A stretch of 64,000 nt of DNA from Candidatus Saccharimonadia bacterium (GTDB taxonomy: Bacteria > Patescibacteriota > Saccharimonadia > UBA4664). The stretch is taken from NCBI GenBank assembly GCA_035544015.1, contig DATKIP010000093.1, positions 1,156-65,155 on the forward strand, given 5' to 3'. The notes beneath the pieces were generated by a model. The model had not been told where the DNA came from. It saw only the letters and a list, made by a program, of their open reading frames with translations, and did not search any database. Position 1 is the first letter of the stretch, and each line of letters starts with the position of its first letter. This document shows positions 27,390-34,987 of this stretch, one piece after another. A program made the position numbers and the translations under genes.

Positions 27390-27431
27390 CACCGCCCTTG
27401 GCGCTTATATACTTAACGCACCAAGGGCGAT

Positions 27432-27935
27432 GTGATGGCGCGAGTTAAAAAGTTATTTTTACGCTATAGACGTATAATTGAGCATATGAAATCGCTTTAT
27501 AGGCTCTATAGGCTGACCCGCTATATTGATAATGAATCCCATCGCATAGATAAAAAATTCCCAGATGAGCTGAGGAATAACAACATACGGCGACGACCTA
27601 AAAAGAATGACATACTCAAGGGGTACAGCAGGAAGCATAAGCGCCTATCCTATGAAAAAATCGCTGATTTATTTGAGCAAGCCGAGAACGAGGGTTATAT
27701 CGAAGTCAATTCTTATGATTTAGTGAGGGTGGGTATCCCGCGAGGCACGGACTTTTTAGACTTTTTTATCATACCGTGGGGCTTGCTGAATCCTATGTTA
27801 GATAAATATGGCAAATTGGCATCTCTAATCATAGGCTTAGTAGGTGGGGTCGTAGTCACTATCGCTACCACTTTAGCTATTTGGACAGCGAAGTCATTAT
27901 TGAGTCTAGTTCAATATCTAATTAGACATCTCTAG
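27432..27935 (+). CDS. IS passenger hypothetical protein with C-terminal TM
   Basis: AT-rich ORF, basic N-terminal domain, one TM; start may be 27486. Confidence 0.6.
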   Translation: MMARVKKLFLRYRRIIEHMKSLYRLYRLTRYIDNESHRIDKKFPDELRNNNIRRRPKKNDILKGYSRKHKRLSYEKIADLFEQAENEGYIEVNSYDLVRVGIPRGTDFLDFFIIPWGLLNPMLDKYGKLASLIIGLVGGVVVTIATTLAIWTAKSLLSLVQYLIRHL

Positions 27936-27950
27936 CTTAGAGCTCGTGTA

Positions 27951-28088
27951 CTACTTTTTTTTCGGCTTCCGCTCCGGCTCCGTCTTTACGATCTTCTCCA
28001 TTGCCTTATCAAATGACATCGGCAGGCTGAACGGCTGCTGGCGAGTCTGCTTCTCGGGCTGGGGCTTCGGCTGTTTCTCTGGCTTCAT
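27951..28088 (-). CDS. small basic protein of the type often found in IS1595 elements
   Basis: MKPEKQ...FSLPMSFDKAMEKIVKTEP; TATAAT 7 nt before ATG. Confidence 0.6.
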   Translation of the reverse strand: MKPEKQPKPQPEKQTRQQPFSLPMSFDKAMEKIVKTEPERKPKKK

Positions 28089-28236
28089 GATGTTTATTAT
28101 ACCTCGTTGTGTTTCTGATCGATTCTCGTTCCCGTCTTCTCTTGCGACTATGTTCACGCTCTACCACCACGAAAACTATAGGCAAGATGATGGGAAGTAG
28201 GATGATACCCAGAATGAGCTTTAATGCAGCTTTCAT
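28009..28236 (-). CDS. small single-TM protein downstream of structured leader RNA
   Basis: AAGGAAG RBS; MKAALKLILGIILLPIILPIVFVVV then charged tail; overlaps the small ORF in another frame. Confidence 0.5.
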   Translation of the reverse strand: MKAALKLILGIILLPIILPIVFVVVEREHSRKRRRERESIRNTTRYNKHHEARETAEAPAREADSPAAVQPADVI

Positions 28237-28262
28237 AACTTCCTTTGTGGTCCCCAAATAAA

Positions 28263-28390
28263 AAGGCGGCCACCACTTAGTGCAAGTGTTGAGCCGCACA
28301 ACGAGTTTTTGCGCCCGCCATCGGTGATGACCGCCTTAGTTAGCGCAAAAACCCACAAGACTTGTGGGAAAACTTGTTATACGGCTCAAC
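28263..28390 (-). ncRNA. structured leader RNA copy 1 (C4/CI antisense-like architecture)
   Basis: Closing stem GTTGAGCCG/CGGCTCAAC, hairpin CCCACAAG/CTTGTGGG, stem GTTTTTGCGC/GCGCAAAAAC, loop pairs 12 bp with 28263-28274. Confidence 0.7.
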
Positions 28391-28480
28391 GAAGTAATTA
28401 TGGCTGGTTATTGAGGCTCAGTAAAGCCCCAGAGAATAAATACCGAGTTCTGGACAACCCGCTCAAGCTCTGATATGCCT

Positions 28481-28712
28481 GTAGGTAAGGTTCGCTCCGA
28501 GATCACAATTGCGGCAACCGAATGTTAGTAGCTCGGGAGACCATGTCTCCACGACAGCATTTTGTTGCTACATATTTCCGGTGCGTTCCTACCACTTAAA
28601 CGGAGGAACCAGAAATGGGAATACTCGATTGGCCGCCTAGACGGCCCGAGCTTCCCCCGATAAAGACAACCTAGTCGGGGTATAGTAAAGGCCCCGTAAG
28701 GGGCCTTTACTT
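28481..28712 (+). ncRNA. candidate highly structured ncRNA ending in a terminator (strand uncertain)
   Basis: Consecutive helices GTAGC/GCTAC enclosing GGAGAC/GTCTCC, GTTCCT/AGGAAC, GGGAA/TTCCC with GGCCG/CGGCC, CCCGA/TCGGG, GTAAAGGCCCC/GGGGCCTTTAC. Confidence 0.5.
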
Positions 28713-28818
28713 ACAAATTAATTGCCGTATTGAGTACGGAAATTAATTGTACGCTACCGAGATCACGCCCTTATCATAGCGGGTTGTTTTGAGGTGCGCA
28801 AGAACCGTTATTTTGCGA

Positions 28819-29193
28819 TTAGCTCCTTCGCGGTGGTTGCGGAACTGCAAGAGGCTCACTAGCTTCAATGCGTGCAGCCTCCACCGCTTCTCTCCCAGCT
28901 TTCTCACTGCGTATCTTCTCCCTAGCAGCTTCTTCTTTGCGCACTTTCAGCTCAATGGTGTCACCAGCAGACGCGTAGTAGAGTATGGCCAAAAATCCAA
29001 AAATGAATCCCGACAATATACCTCCAGCAGTACTACGACCTCGCTGACCCGCCATGACACCACAAATGATGGCGAAGAATACACCTATGATAATAAGAAT
29101 ACCGAGCAGTCCAGCCAGGGCTGTTCCGGCGGCTGCACCGACTTCTGTGGCTGCTTGTGCAGTTGCTGGATCGAGAGTTGGGGTTGGGGTCAT
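28819..29193 (-). CDS. IS passenger 2-TM membrane protein
   Basis: AAGGAG RBS; A..RGRS..G.ILSGFIFG.LA motif. Confidence 0.75.
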   Translation of the reverse strand: MTPTPTLDPATAQAATEVGAAAGTALAGLLGILIIIGVFFAIICGVMAGQRGRSTAGGILSGFIFGFLAILYYASAGDTIELKVRKEEAAREKIRSEKAGREAVEAARIEASEPLAVPQPPRRS

Positions 29194-29235
29194 GGGGATC
29201 TCCTTTAGATCGGAAACCGCCTCAATAAAATAAAG

Positions 29236-29360
29236 AGGCGACTGCTAGTTAGTAGAGGTGTTGACGCTCCACAACGGATTTGGACCCGCTTTCGCTAACA
29301 GCCGCCTGTATGAGTCCAAAAAATGCCACGGTGTGGCTAATTCCGATGTAGAGCGTCAAC
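29236..29360 (-). ncRNA. structured leader RNA copy 2 (same architecture as copy 1)
   Basis: Closing stem GTTGACGCTC/GAGCGTCAAC, hairpin GCCAC/GTGGC, stem TTTGGAC/GTCCAAA, loop pairs 13 bp with 29236-29248. Confidence 0.7.
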
Positions 29361-29405
29361 AAGGTAATCATACCTGATATAATAACTGCCTAAAAGGGAC
29401 CAGAT

Positions 29406-30347
29406 ATGCCTGACAATGAAGAGTTGCCTTTGCCCAGTGAGGGCGAAAGCAAAATCGACCTTTTCAAAGGCAAAGAAATCCGTAAAGTTTTACATGAAGG
29501 CGAGTGGTGGTTCGTTGTCGTAGATGTTATTGCTAGTCTCACTGGATCGATTGATCCAACTGGTTATGTAAAGGACATGCGGCGTCGAGATAAGGGTCTA
29601 GCAGAAGGGTGGGGGCAAATTGCCACCCCCCTTCGCATTGAAACCTCTAAAGGGCCACAAAACATCAATTGTGCCAATATTGAGGGGCTTTTCCGTATAA
29701 TGCAGTCCGTGCCCTCTCCAAAGGCAGAGCCATTCAAAAAATGGCTGGCAAAGTCTGCATTTGAACGGTTACAGGAAATCGACAATCCCGAGCTGGCAGT
29801 CCAACGTGCCATTGCTCTTTATCGGGCAAAGGGTTATCCCGATGGGTGGATCGATACTAGAATTAAAAATAAGGTCAGTCGAGAAATCCTGACTAAAGAA
29901 TGGTTTGAGCGCGGCGTACAGGATATGGATTACGCAATCTTAACAGATGCAATTTCCATTGAGACTTTCGGATTGAGCACGGCCAAGCACAAAGAGCTCA
30001 AAGGACTAAAAAGCCAGAGTCTCCGCGATAATATGACGCCAATTGAGCTAACCCTTACTACATTGGGTGAGCAATCCGCCACCGAGATAACCCGTGCTAA
30101 TAATGCTCAGGGGAAATGGCAAAATCTTACGGCGGCAAAAGCTGGTGGTAAAATTGCTGGAAACGCAAGAATGCAACTTGAGGAAGCAACAGGGCAAACG
30201 GTTGTATCTGATCAAAGCTATCTTACTGAACGTCAAAGACAAAATAATGCCCAAATTGAGGCTACAATTAATGATACTCTTAGCCGGATATTACGCCTTC
30301 CGGGGACTGACCCGCTTGAAGCAGGCGAGATTGGTACAGTCAGCTAG
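29406..30347 (+). CDS. Bro-N domain protein (phage antirepressor-like)
   Basis: LFKGKEIRKV..EGEWWFVVVDVI, RIMQSVPSPKAEPFKKWLA, LRDNMT..EL. Confidence 0.9.
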   Translation: MPDNEELPLPSEGESKIDLFKGKEIRKVLHEGEWWFVVVDVIASLTGSIDPTGYVKDMRRRDKGLAEGWGQIATPLRIETSKGPQNINCANIEGLFRIMQSVPSPKAEPFKKWLAKSAFERLQEIDNPELAVQRAIALYRAKGYPDGWIDTRIKNKVSREILTKEWFERGVQDMDYAILTDAISIETFGLSTAKHKELKGLKSQSLRDNMTPIELTLTTLGEQSATEITRANNAQGKWQNLTAAKAGGKIAGNARMQLEEATGQTVVSDQSYLTERQRQNNAQIEATINDTLSRILRLPGTDPLEAGEIGTVS

Positions 30348-31237
30348 CCAATAAGTCCCTTATACGTCAGCCGTTTCCCGCTCGCATATCCGAACCAGTT
30401 CTCGAATCGCTCACCATCCTTCATCTCGCGGGTATTGTACCGATAACCAAACTCCCCCGCGTACTTCGCCATATGCTTCCGGCTTACTCCAATATAGATG
30501 GCGTCGATACCAGACTTAAGATGGCTCCAGTACCCCTCAATTGTGTTCGTGTGCACCGTTCCGACCACGTATTCTTTGGTGTGATTTACCGAGTAATGCG
30601 GATAGCCCATAGCAGTGAGAGCGTGATACGCCTTGAGCTGGTCAGTCATAACCGTAGCCCTTGGGTCAATGTCTTTGATGATGTGAGGCAGAAGATAGGG
30701 AGCTGACCCCTTGGTCACAATATGAGTCTTGATGTGGCCTTTGCGCTCCACAAGTCCCATCACGGGTGTCTTGTTCGTAGACTTGTTACTGGCGTTCATG
30801 CCAACGCCCTTTTGATGGCCGCCAATATAGGTTTCATCTACTTCTACAATTCCATTTAGAAGTCTGTCACTTCCATCTAAAACCGCATGGCGGATACGCT
30901 GGAGCAGGAACCAGGCACTTTTCTGGGTAATGCCAAGATGTTTGCTCATCTGGATAGAGCTAACGCCTTTCTTGTGGGATGTAAGCAAATATATAGCCAA
31001 GAACCACTTCTGGAGGGGAAGACGAGACTCTTCAAAGATTGTGCCAATACGAGCCGAGAATTGTTTCATACAAGCCGTGCATTTGAATATCCGGCGAGAC
31101 TTGAGGGTGTAAACATCTAAGCAGCCGCAGTGGGGGCAAATAGGCTCACCATGCCAACGAGATTCAGCTAGATAGGCGTGGCAGGCATCTTCGTTGGGGA
31201 AGCGGTTGTAAAAGGCGATGAGATTGAGGGTTTCCAT
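30344..31237 (-). CDS. tnp: IS1595-family transposase
   Basis: Zn ribbon CPHCG..CTAC, HTH, VEVDETY, TDQ, VNH, HTNTIEGYW, EF.YRYN. Confidence 0.97.
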   Translation of the reverse strand: METLNLIAFYNRFPNEDACHAYLAESRWHGEPICPHCGCLDVYTLKSRRIFKCTACMKQFSARIGTIFEESRLPLQKWFLAIYLLTSHKKGVSSIQMSKHLGITQKSAWFLLQRIRHAVLDGSDRLLNGIVEVDETYIGGHQKGVGMNASNKSTNKTPVMGLVERKGHIKTHIVTKGSAPYLLPHIIKDIDPRATVMTDQLKAYHALTAMGYPHYSVNHTKEYVVGTVHTNTIEGYWSHLKSGIDAIYIGVSRKHMAKYAGEFGYRYNTREMKDGERFENWFGYASGKRLTYKGLIG

Positions 31238-31361
31238 ACATCAAGCTTAGTGCAGGACATTGGTTGCGTCAAGTATATAAGCGCCCCGCCCTTGCATGTT
31301 CGCAAAATGTTCGGTATATTGGCATCGCCAGCCAGTATATAGTAGACATCAAGGAGCGCCG

Positions 31362-31844
31362 ATGGCCACCACAGAATTTACCCTCGAAGATATTAGGCAA
31401 GTTGTCCGCGAGGAGTCCGACGCCTCGTTCGACCGCAAATTTGGCCCAGCGTTTGATGAAGCCTTTACGCGTTCCTTCGGGCCGGCGTTTGACGCGGCTT
31501 TCGCGCGGTCCTTCCAGCCAGCTTTTGACACGGCTTTTAGTGCGGCCTTCAAGCCCGCGTTTGATGCGGCTTTTGAACCGGCATTCAATGCGGCCTTCAA
31601 GCCGGCCTTCGACGGAGCCTTCGATCAGGCTTTTGAGCCGGCATTTATGGGAGTCTTCGAGCCCTTCGCCAATGCCATCAAAGAAGATTTCAATCGTATC
31701 GACGAGCGCTTCGATCATCTCGAAACCAAAGTCGAGTCCATCGCCCGCGACGTTGACGAGCTCAAGGCCGACATGAAGAGTATTAAGCGTATTGTCGGGC
31801 AACATTCCAAGGAAATTGTCGAGCTGCGCGCCCGCCTCGCGTAG
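31362..31844 (+). CDS. tetrapeptide-repeat (F-x-x-A) plus coiled-coil protein
   Basis: AAGGAG RBS; about 20 consecutive Phe at 4-residue spacing, then heptad coiled coil. Confidence 0.75.
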   Translation: MATTEFTLEDIRQVVREESDASFDRKFGPAFDEAFTRSFGPAFDAAFARSFQPAFDTAFSAAFKPAFDAAFEPAFNAAFKPAFDGAFDQAFEPAFMGVFEPFANAIKEDFNRIDERFDHLETKVESIARDVDELKADMKSIKRIVGQHSKEIVELRARLA

Positions 31845-31877
31845 TCCCCCGAGCCGCCGCCTGGTATAATTTTGCTA

Positions 31878-33260
31878 ATGCTAAAGCCTAAACGACACCT
31901 TGGCTCGATTGCAGCGGCCGCCCTGCTGCTGGCTCCCGCCGTCGCCATGCAACTCCTGCCGGCCGCCGCCTCGGCCGACCTGTTACAAAGCACGCACTTT
32001 CGGCTCGATCCGAATGTGGCCGACACCTTCGGCGGCGCCACCGGCTCGGCCTCATACCAGCTCACCGATGCCGGCGGTGAGGGAGCAGTGGGCTCGGGCG
32101 CTAGCCAGAGCTACAAACTCACCCAGGGTTATGTCAGCCAGCTGGCGCACTCGCTTTCGCTCTCGGTGCTGCCCGGCTCCACCTATGCCTACTGGCCGCT
32201 CGACACCGGCACCGGCACCGTCGCCTACGACGTCGGCACCACTGCCGACGACGGCACCCTCGTAGCCGCGCCGAGCTGGACGACCGGCATCGTGGGCCAA
32301 GGCGTCACGCTCAATGGCTCCAGTCAATATGTTTCTACCGCCACCTCGGTCGCCAATCCTACGACCTTCACGCTCGAAGTGTGGTTCAAATCCACGAGCT
32401 CCAACGGCGGCGAGCTCATGGGCCTGGGCAGCGCCCAAACCGGCTCCAGCGCCACCGTAGACCGCGTGCTGTACCTCGATAATGCTGGCCACATCGTGTT
32501 TGGCACCAAGCCGAGTGCCTTCAAAACCGTCGCCACCGCCTCTACCTACACCGACGGCTCGTGGCACCACGTGGCTGCCACGCTCGGCGCCACCGGGTTG
32601 CTGCTCTACGTGGATGGCCTGCGCCAGGGCACCGACGCCAGCACCACCACGGTGGCCAACTTCAGTGGCTACTGGCGCCTCGGCTTCGATAGCCTCGCCG
32701 GCTGGCCCTCGGCGCCCACGAGCAATTTCCTGGCCGGCACCATCGATGAAGCCCGCGTCTACACCCGCGCCCTGAGCGACGCCGAGATCAAAAACGACTA
32801 CACTGCCGGCGCCAACGCCCTCAAAGGCGCCTTCACGCTGCCCAACATCACCCCTGGCCAGTCCCAAACCTACTCAGCCGACGCGGTAGTGCGCACCGAC
32901 GCCGCCGGCTACGACCTTTACATGCAGGCGCTCACCCCACTCACCCACACCGACACCGTCACTACTATCCCCAATGTCTCCGGCACCATTGCCTCACCGG
33001 CCGCCTGGACCGAAGGCACCACGAAGGGCATTGGCTTCACGCTCACCGCCGGCACCTCCCTGGAAGGCAAATGGGGGACCAGTCCGGGTTACGCCTATGC
33101 CGGCCTGCCCAGCACCGCCACCGTTTACCACTCGCGCACCGGCCTCACCGCCGGTGTCCCCGAGCTCACCACTATCCAATACCGCGCCGACACCACCAGC
33201 AGCCAAAAGCAGGGCACCTACTCGGCTACCATTGTTTACACGGCGACCGTTCGGCCATGA
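31878..33260 (+). CDS. secreted LamG/concanavalin-like domain protein with WxL-like C-terminal domain
   Basis: YWPLD, FTLEVWFK, DGSWHHVAAT, IDEARVYTRALS; ends GTYSATIVYTATVRP. Confidence 0.85.
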   Translation: MLKPKRHLGSIAAAALLLAPAVAMQLLPAAASADLLQSTHFRLDPNVADTFGGATGSASYQLTDAGGEGAVGSGASQSYKLTQGYVSQLAHSLSLSVLPGSTYAYWPLDTGTGTVAYDVGTTADDGTLVAAPSWTTGIVGQGVTLNGSSQYVSTATSVANPTTFTLEVWFKSTSSNGGELMGLGSAQTGSSATVDRVLYLDNAGHIVFGTKPSAFKTVATASTYTDGSWHHVAATLGATGLLLYVDGLRQGTDASTTTVANFSGYWRLGFDSLAGWPSAPTSNFLAGTIDEARVYTRALSDAEIKNDYTAGANALKGAFTLPNITPGQSQTYSADAVVRTDAAGYDLYMQALTPLTHTDTVTTIPNVSGTIASPAAWTEGTTKGIGFTLTAGTSLEGKWGTSPGYAYAGLPSTATVYHSRTGLTAGVPELTTIQYRADTTSSQKQGTYSATIVYTATVRP

Positions 33261-34141
33261 ATGCCCCATTGCGCCTGCTGCTGGTCAGCCTCACCCTGGC
33301 GACCGTAGGGCTCGCAATGCCCGCGCCGGCCCGCGCTGACGCCCCCGGTTTGCAAGCCAGCCCGCTCGAGTACATCGACACGCTCACCCCGGGCCATATC
33401 AAAAACGGTTACGTTGACGTTTCCAACCCCGGCGACGGATCCCTCGCCATCCGCACGAGCGTGCGCGGTTTTCGCCAAACCGGCACCGACGGCCGCCTCG
33501 AATTTTTCGACGACCCGGAGCTCATCGGCGGCATCAGCCTCGGCCTGAGCAGCTTTGAGCTAGGGCCCCGAGAAGCCGTGCGTGTGGTGTTTCACGTCGA
33601 CCCGTCCAAGCTCCCTGCCGGCGGTGTGTATGCCGCCCTCTTTTTCCAAACCGTCCCTCCGTCGCAATCTCCCAATAGCTCGTACGTAGCCGAAAGCGCC
33701 CGCATCGGCACCTTGCTCGAGCTCGTAAACGGCCCGGCCACGCCGCATCACGGCGCTGTCGCCAAACTCGATCTGCCGTTCCTGCAGCTCGGCCGCGGCC
33801 TCACCGGCACACTGCAGTATCAAAACACCGATCGTACGGCCCACCCCGTCGGCTACCGTCCGGCTCTCACGCTGAGCGTGCTGCCGTGGGCGGCTCACCC
33901 CAAGCTCGCCACCGGTCTCGTCCTGCCCAGCGCCACCCGTGAGTTCGCCATCGAGCGGCCAGGCTCATTTTTTGGCCTGTTACCCGTCACCATTACCGAC
34001 ACCGACACGCATCAAACCACCACGCGCTGGGTATTGGTGTGCACCGCGTGGTGCCAGTGGCTATTGCTGGTAATTGCCACCGCCCTCACGCTCGGAGTAG
34101 CGCGCAAAATCGGGCCCAGCCGGAGATCTACGTTAAAGTGA
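33257..34141 (+). CDS. DUF916-like chaperone-like partner protein
   Basis: ATGA overlap; GLQASPL...VSN...GGVYAALFF...RIGTL; C-terminal TM. Confidence 0.7.
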   Translation: MNAPLRLLLVSLTLATVGLAMPAPARADAPGLQASPLEYIDTLTPGHIKNGYVDVSNPGDGSLAIRTSVRGFRQTGTDGRLEFFDDPELIGGISLGLSSFELGPREAVRVVFHVDPSKLPAGGVYAALFFQTVPPSQSPNSSYVAESARIGTLLELVNGPATPHHGAVAKLDLPFLQLGRGLTGTLQYQNTDRTAHPVGYRPALTLSVLPWAAHPKLATGLVLPSATREFAIERPGSFFGLLPVTITDTDTHQTTTRWVLVCTAWCQWLLLVIATALTLGVARKIGPSRRSTLK

Positions 34142-34416
34142 TCACAGCCGACCTCATCGTGATTCCGCCGCTGGCCTTGGTGGTGTGGGTGGCGTATGGT
34201 AGCCAAAAGCACATCCTGCGCCCCAGAGACAAACGTCTCGCCATCACCTGTGTCATGGTAGCGCTCGGCGTATGGTGGCTGACTGGCCTCGGTCACCTAG
34301 ATTGTGGGCGCACGTGCTCACCATCAGTCACAGGCGACGATCGGCTCTCGCTCGTCGTCAATCTCCTGATCTGCTTGCTGCCAATCGCCCTCTCCTATGC
34401 CCGTAAGCGCACATAA
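34138..34416 (+). CDS. small 3-TM membrane protein
   Basis: GTGA overlap with upstream stop; three hydrophobic segments. Confidence 0.5.
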   Translation: MITADLIVIPPLALVVWVAYGSQKHILRPRDKRLAITCVMVALGVWWLTGLGHLDCGRTCSPSVTGDDRLSLVVNLLICLLPIALSYARKRT

Positions 34417-34499
34417 CCAACACCAGCATTGACTGTACGGTTTTTGTTCCATATATTCAATGGCATGCCCGCGATAAACTAGCAGTAACGGAGAGTCCC

Positions 34500-34916
34500 A
34501 TGCCAGAGTACGCCACCATCCAAGACGTTCGCACGATCATTGCCGAGGCCCTCGTGCCGGTAACGGAGCGCCTCAATAAAATAGACGGCCGGATCGATGA
34601 CGCGGACGGTCGGTTCGACAAAATAGATAACCGGTTCGACAAAATGGAGCTACGCCAAGACCGTATGCAAGTTAGCATTGACGATATCCAAAACAATTAC
34701 CGCGCCATACTAGTCCAAAACGAGGAGACCAACACAAAGCTCGATGCGATCCTCGAGTACGTTGCCGATGTCCCCGACCAAAACGCACGCATCGGCCGCC
34801 TCGAAGAAAACGCCGAACACGAAAAACTCAAGTCTGAGCTGGATCGCTCCCACATCGACGCCCTGCGCAGTGACATCGAGGCGCACCGGCGTCGCCCTCA
34901 CCCCACCAATTCATAA
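34500..34916 (+). CDS. coiled-coil protein with 7-aa repeats (FDKIDNR-like)
   Basis: GGAG RBS; RLNKIDG RIDDADG RFDKIDN RFDKMEL heptads. Confidence 0.75.
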   Translation: MPEYATIQDVRTIIAEALVPVTERLNKIDGRIDDADGRFDKIDNRFDKMELRQDRMQVSIDDIQNNYRAILVQNEETNTKLDAILEYVADVPDQNARIGRLEENAEHEKLKSELDRSHIDALRSDIEAHRRRPHPTNS

Positions 34917-34987
34917 AAGGCTTACCGCAAGCCACAGTCTTGCCCAAACCATAAGCACGATGTTAAAATGCTTATGTAACAAAGGTT

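Larger units (their letters stand above)
27400..31285 (-). mobile_element. IS1595-family element with passenger genes (3886 bp)
   Basis: TIRs GGCGCTTATATACTT(A/G)ACGCA at 27400-27420 and 31265-31285; 8-bp TSD CCGCCCTT at 27392-27399 and 31286-31293; transposase inside; lower GC. Confidence 0.95.

Noticed and set aside
28766-28772. CGCCCTT inside the IS non-coding region as a guide matching the TSD
   Set aside because: A 7-mer is expected by chance in 3.9 kb, and another copy occurs inside the transposase gene.
31269-31805. Minus-strand ORF with EGRLEGRIE repeats resembling Rpn/transposase tails
   Set aside because: It is the antisense shadow of the F-x-x-A repeat gene, which has the RBS and a coherent coiled coil; the minus ORF runs into the IS TIR.
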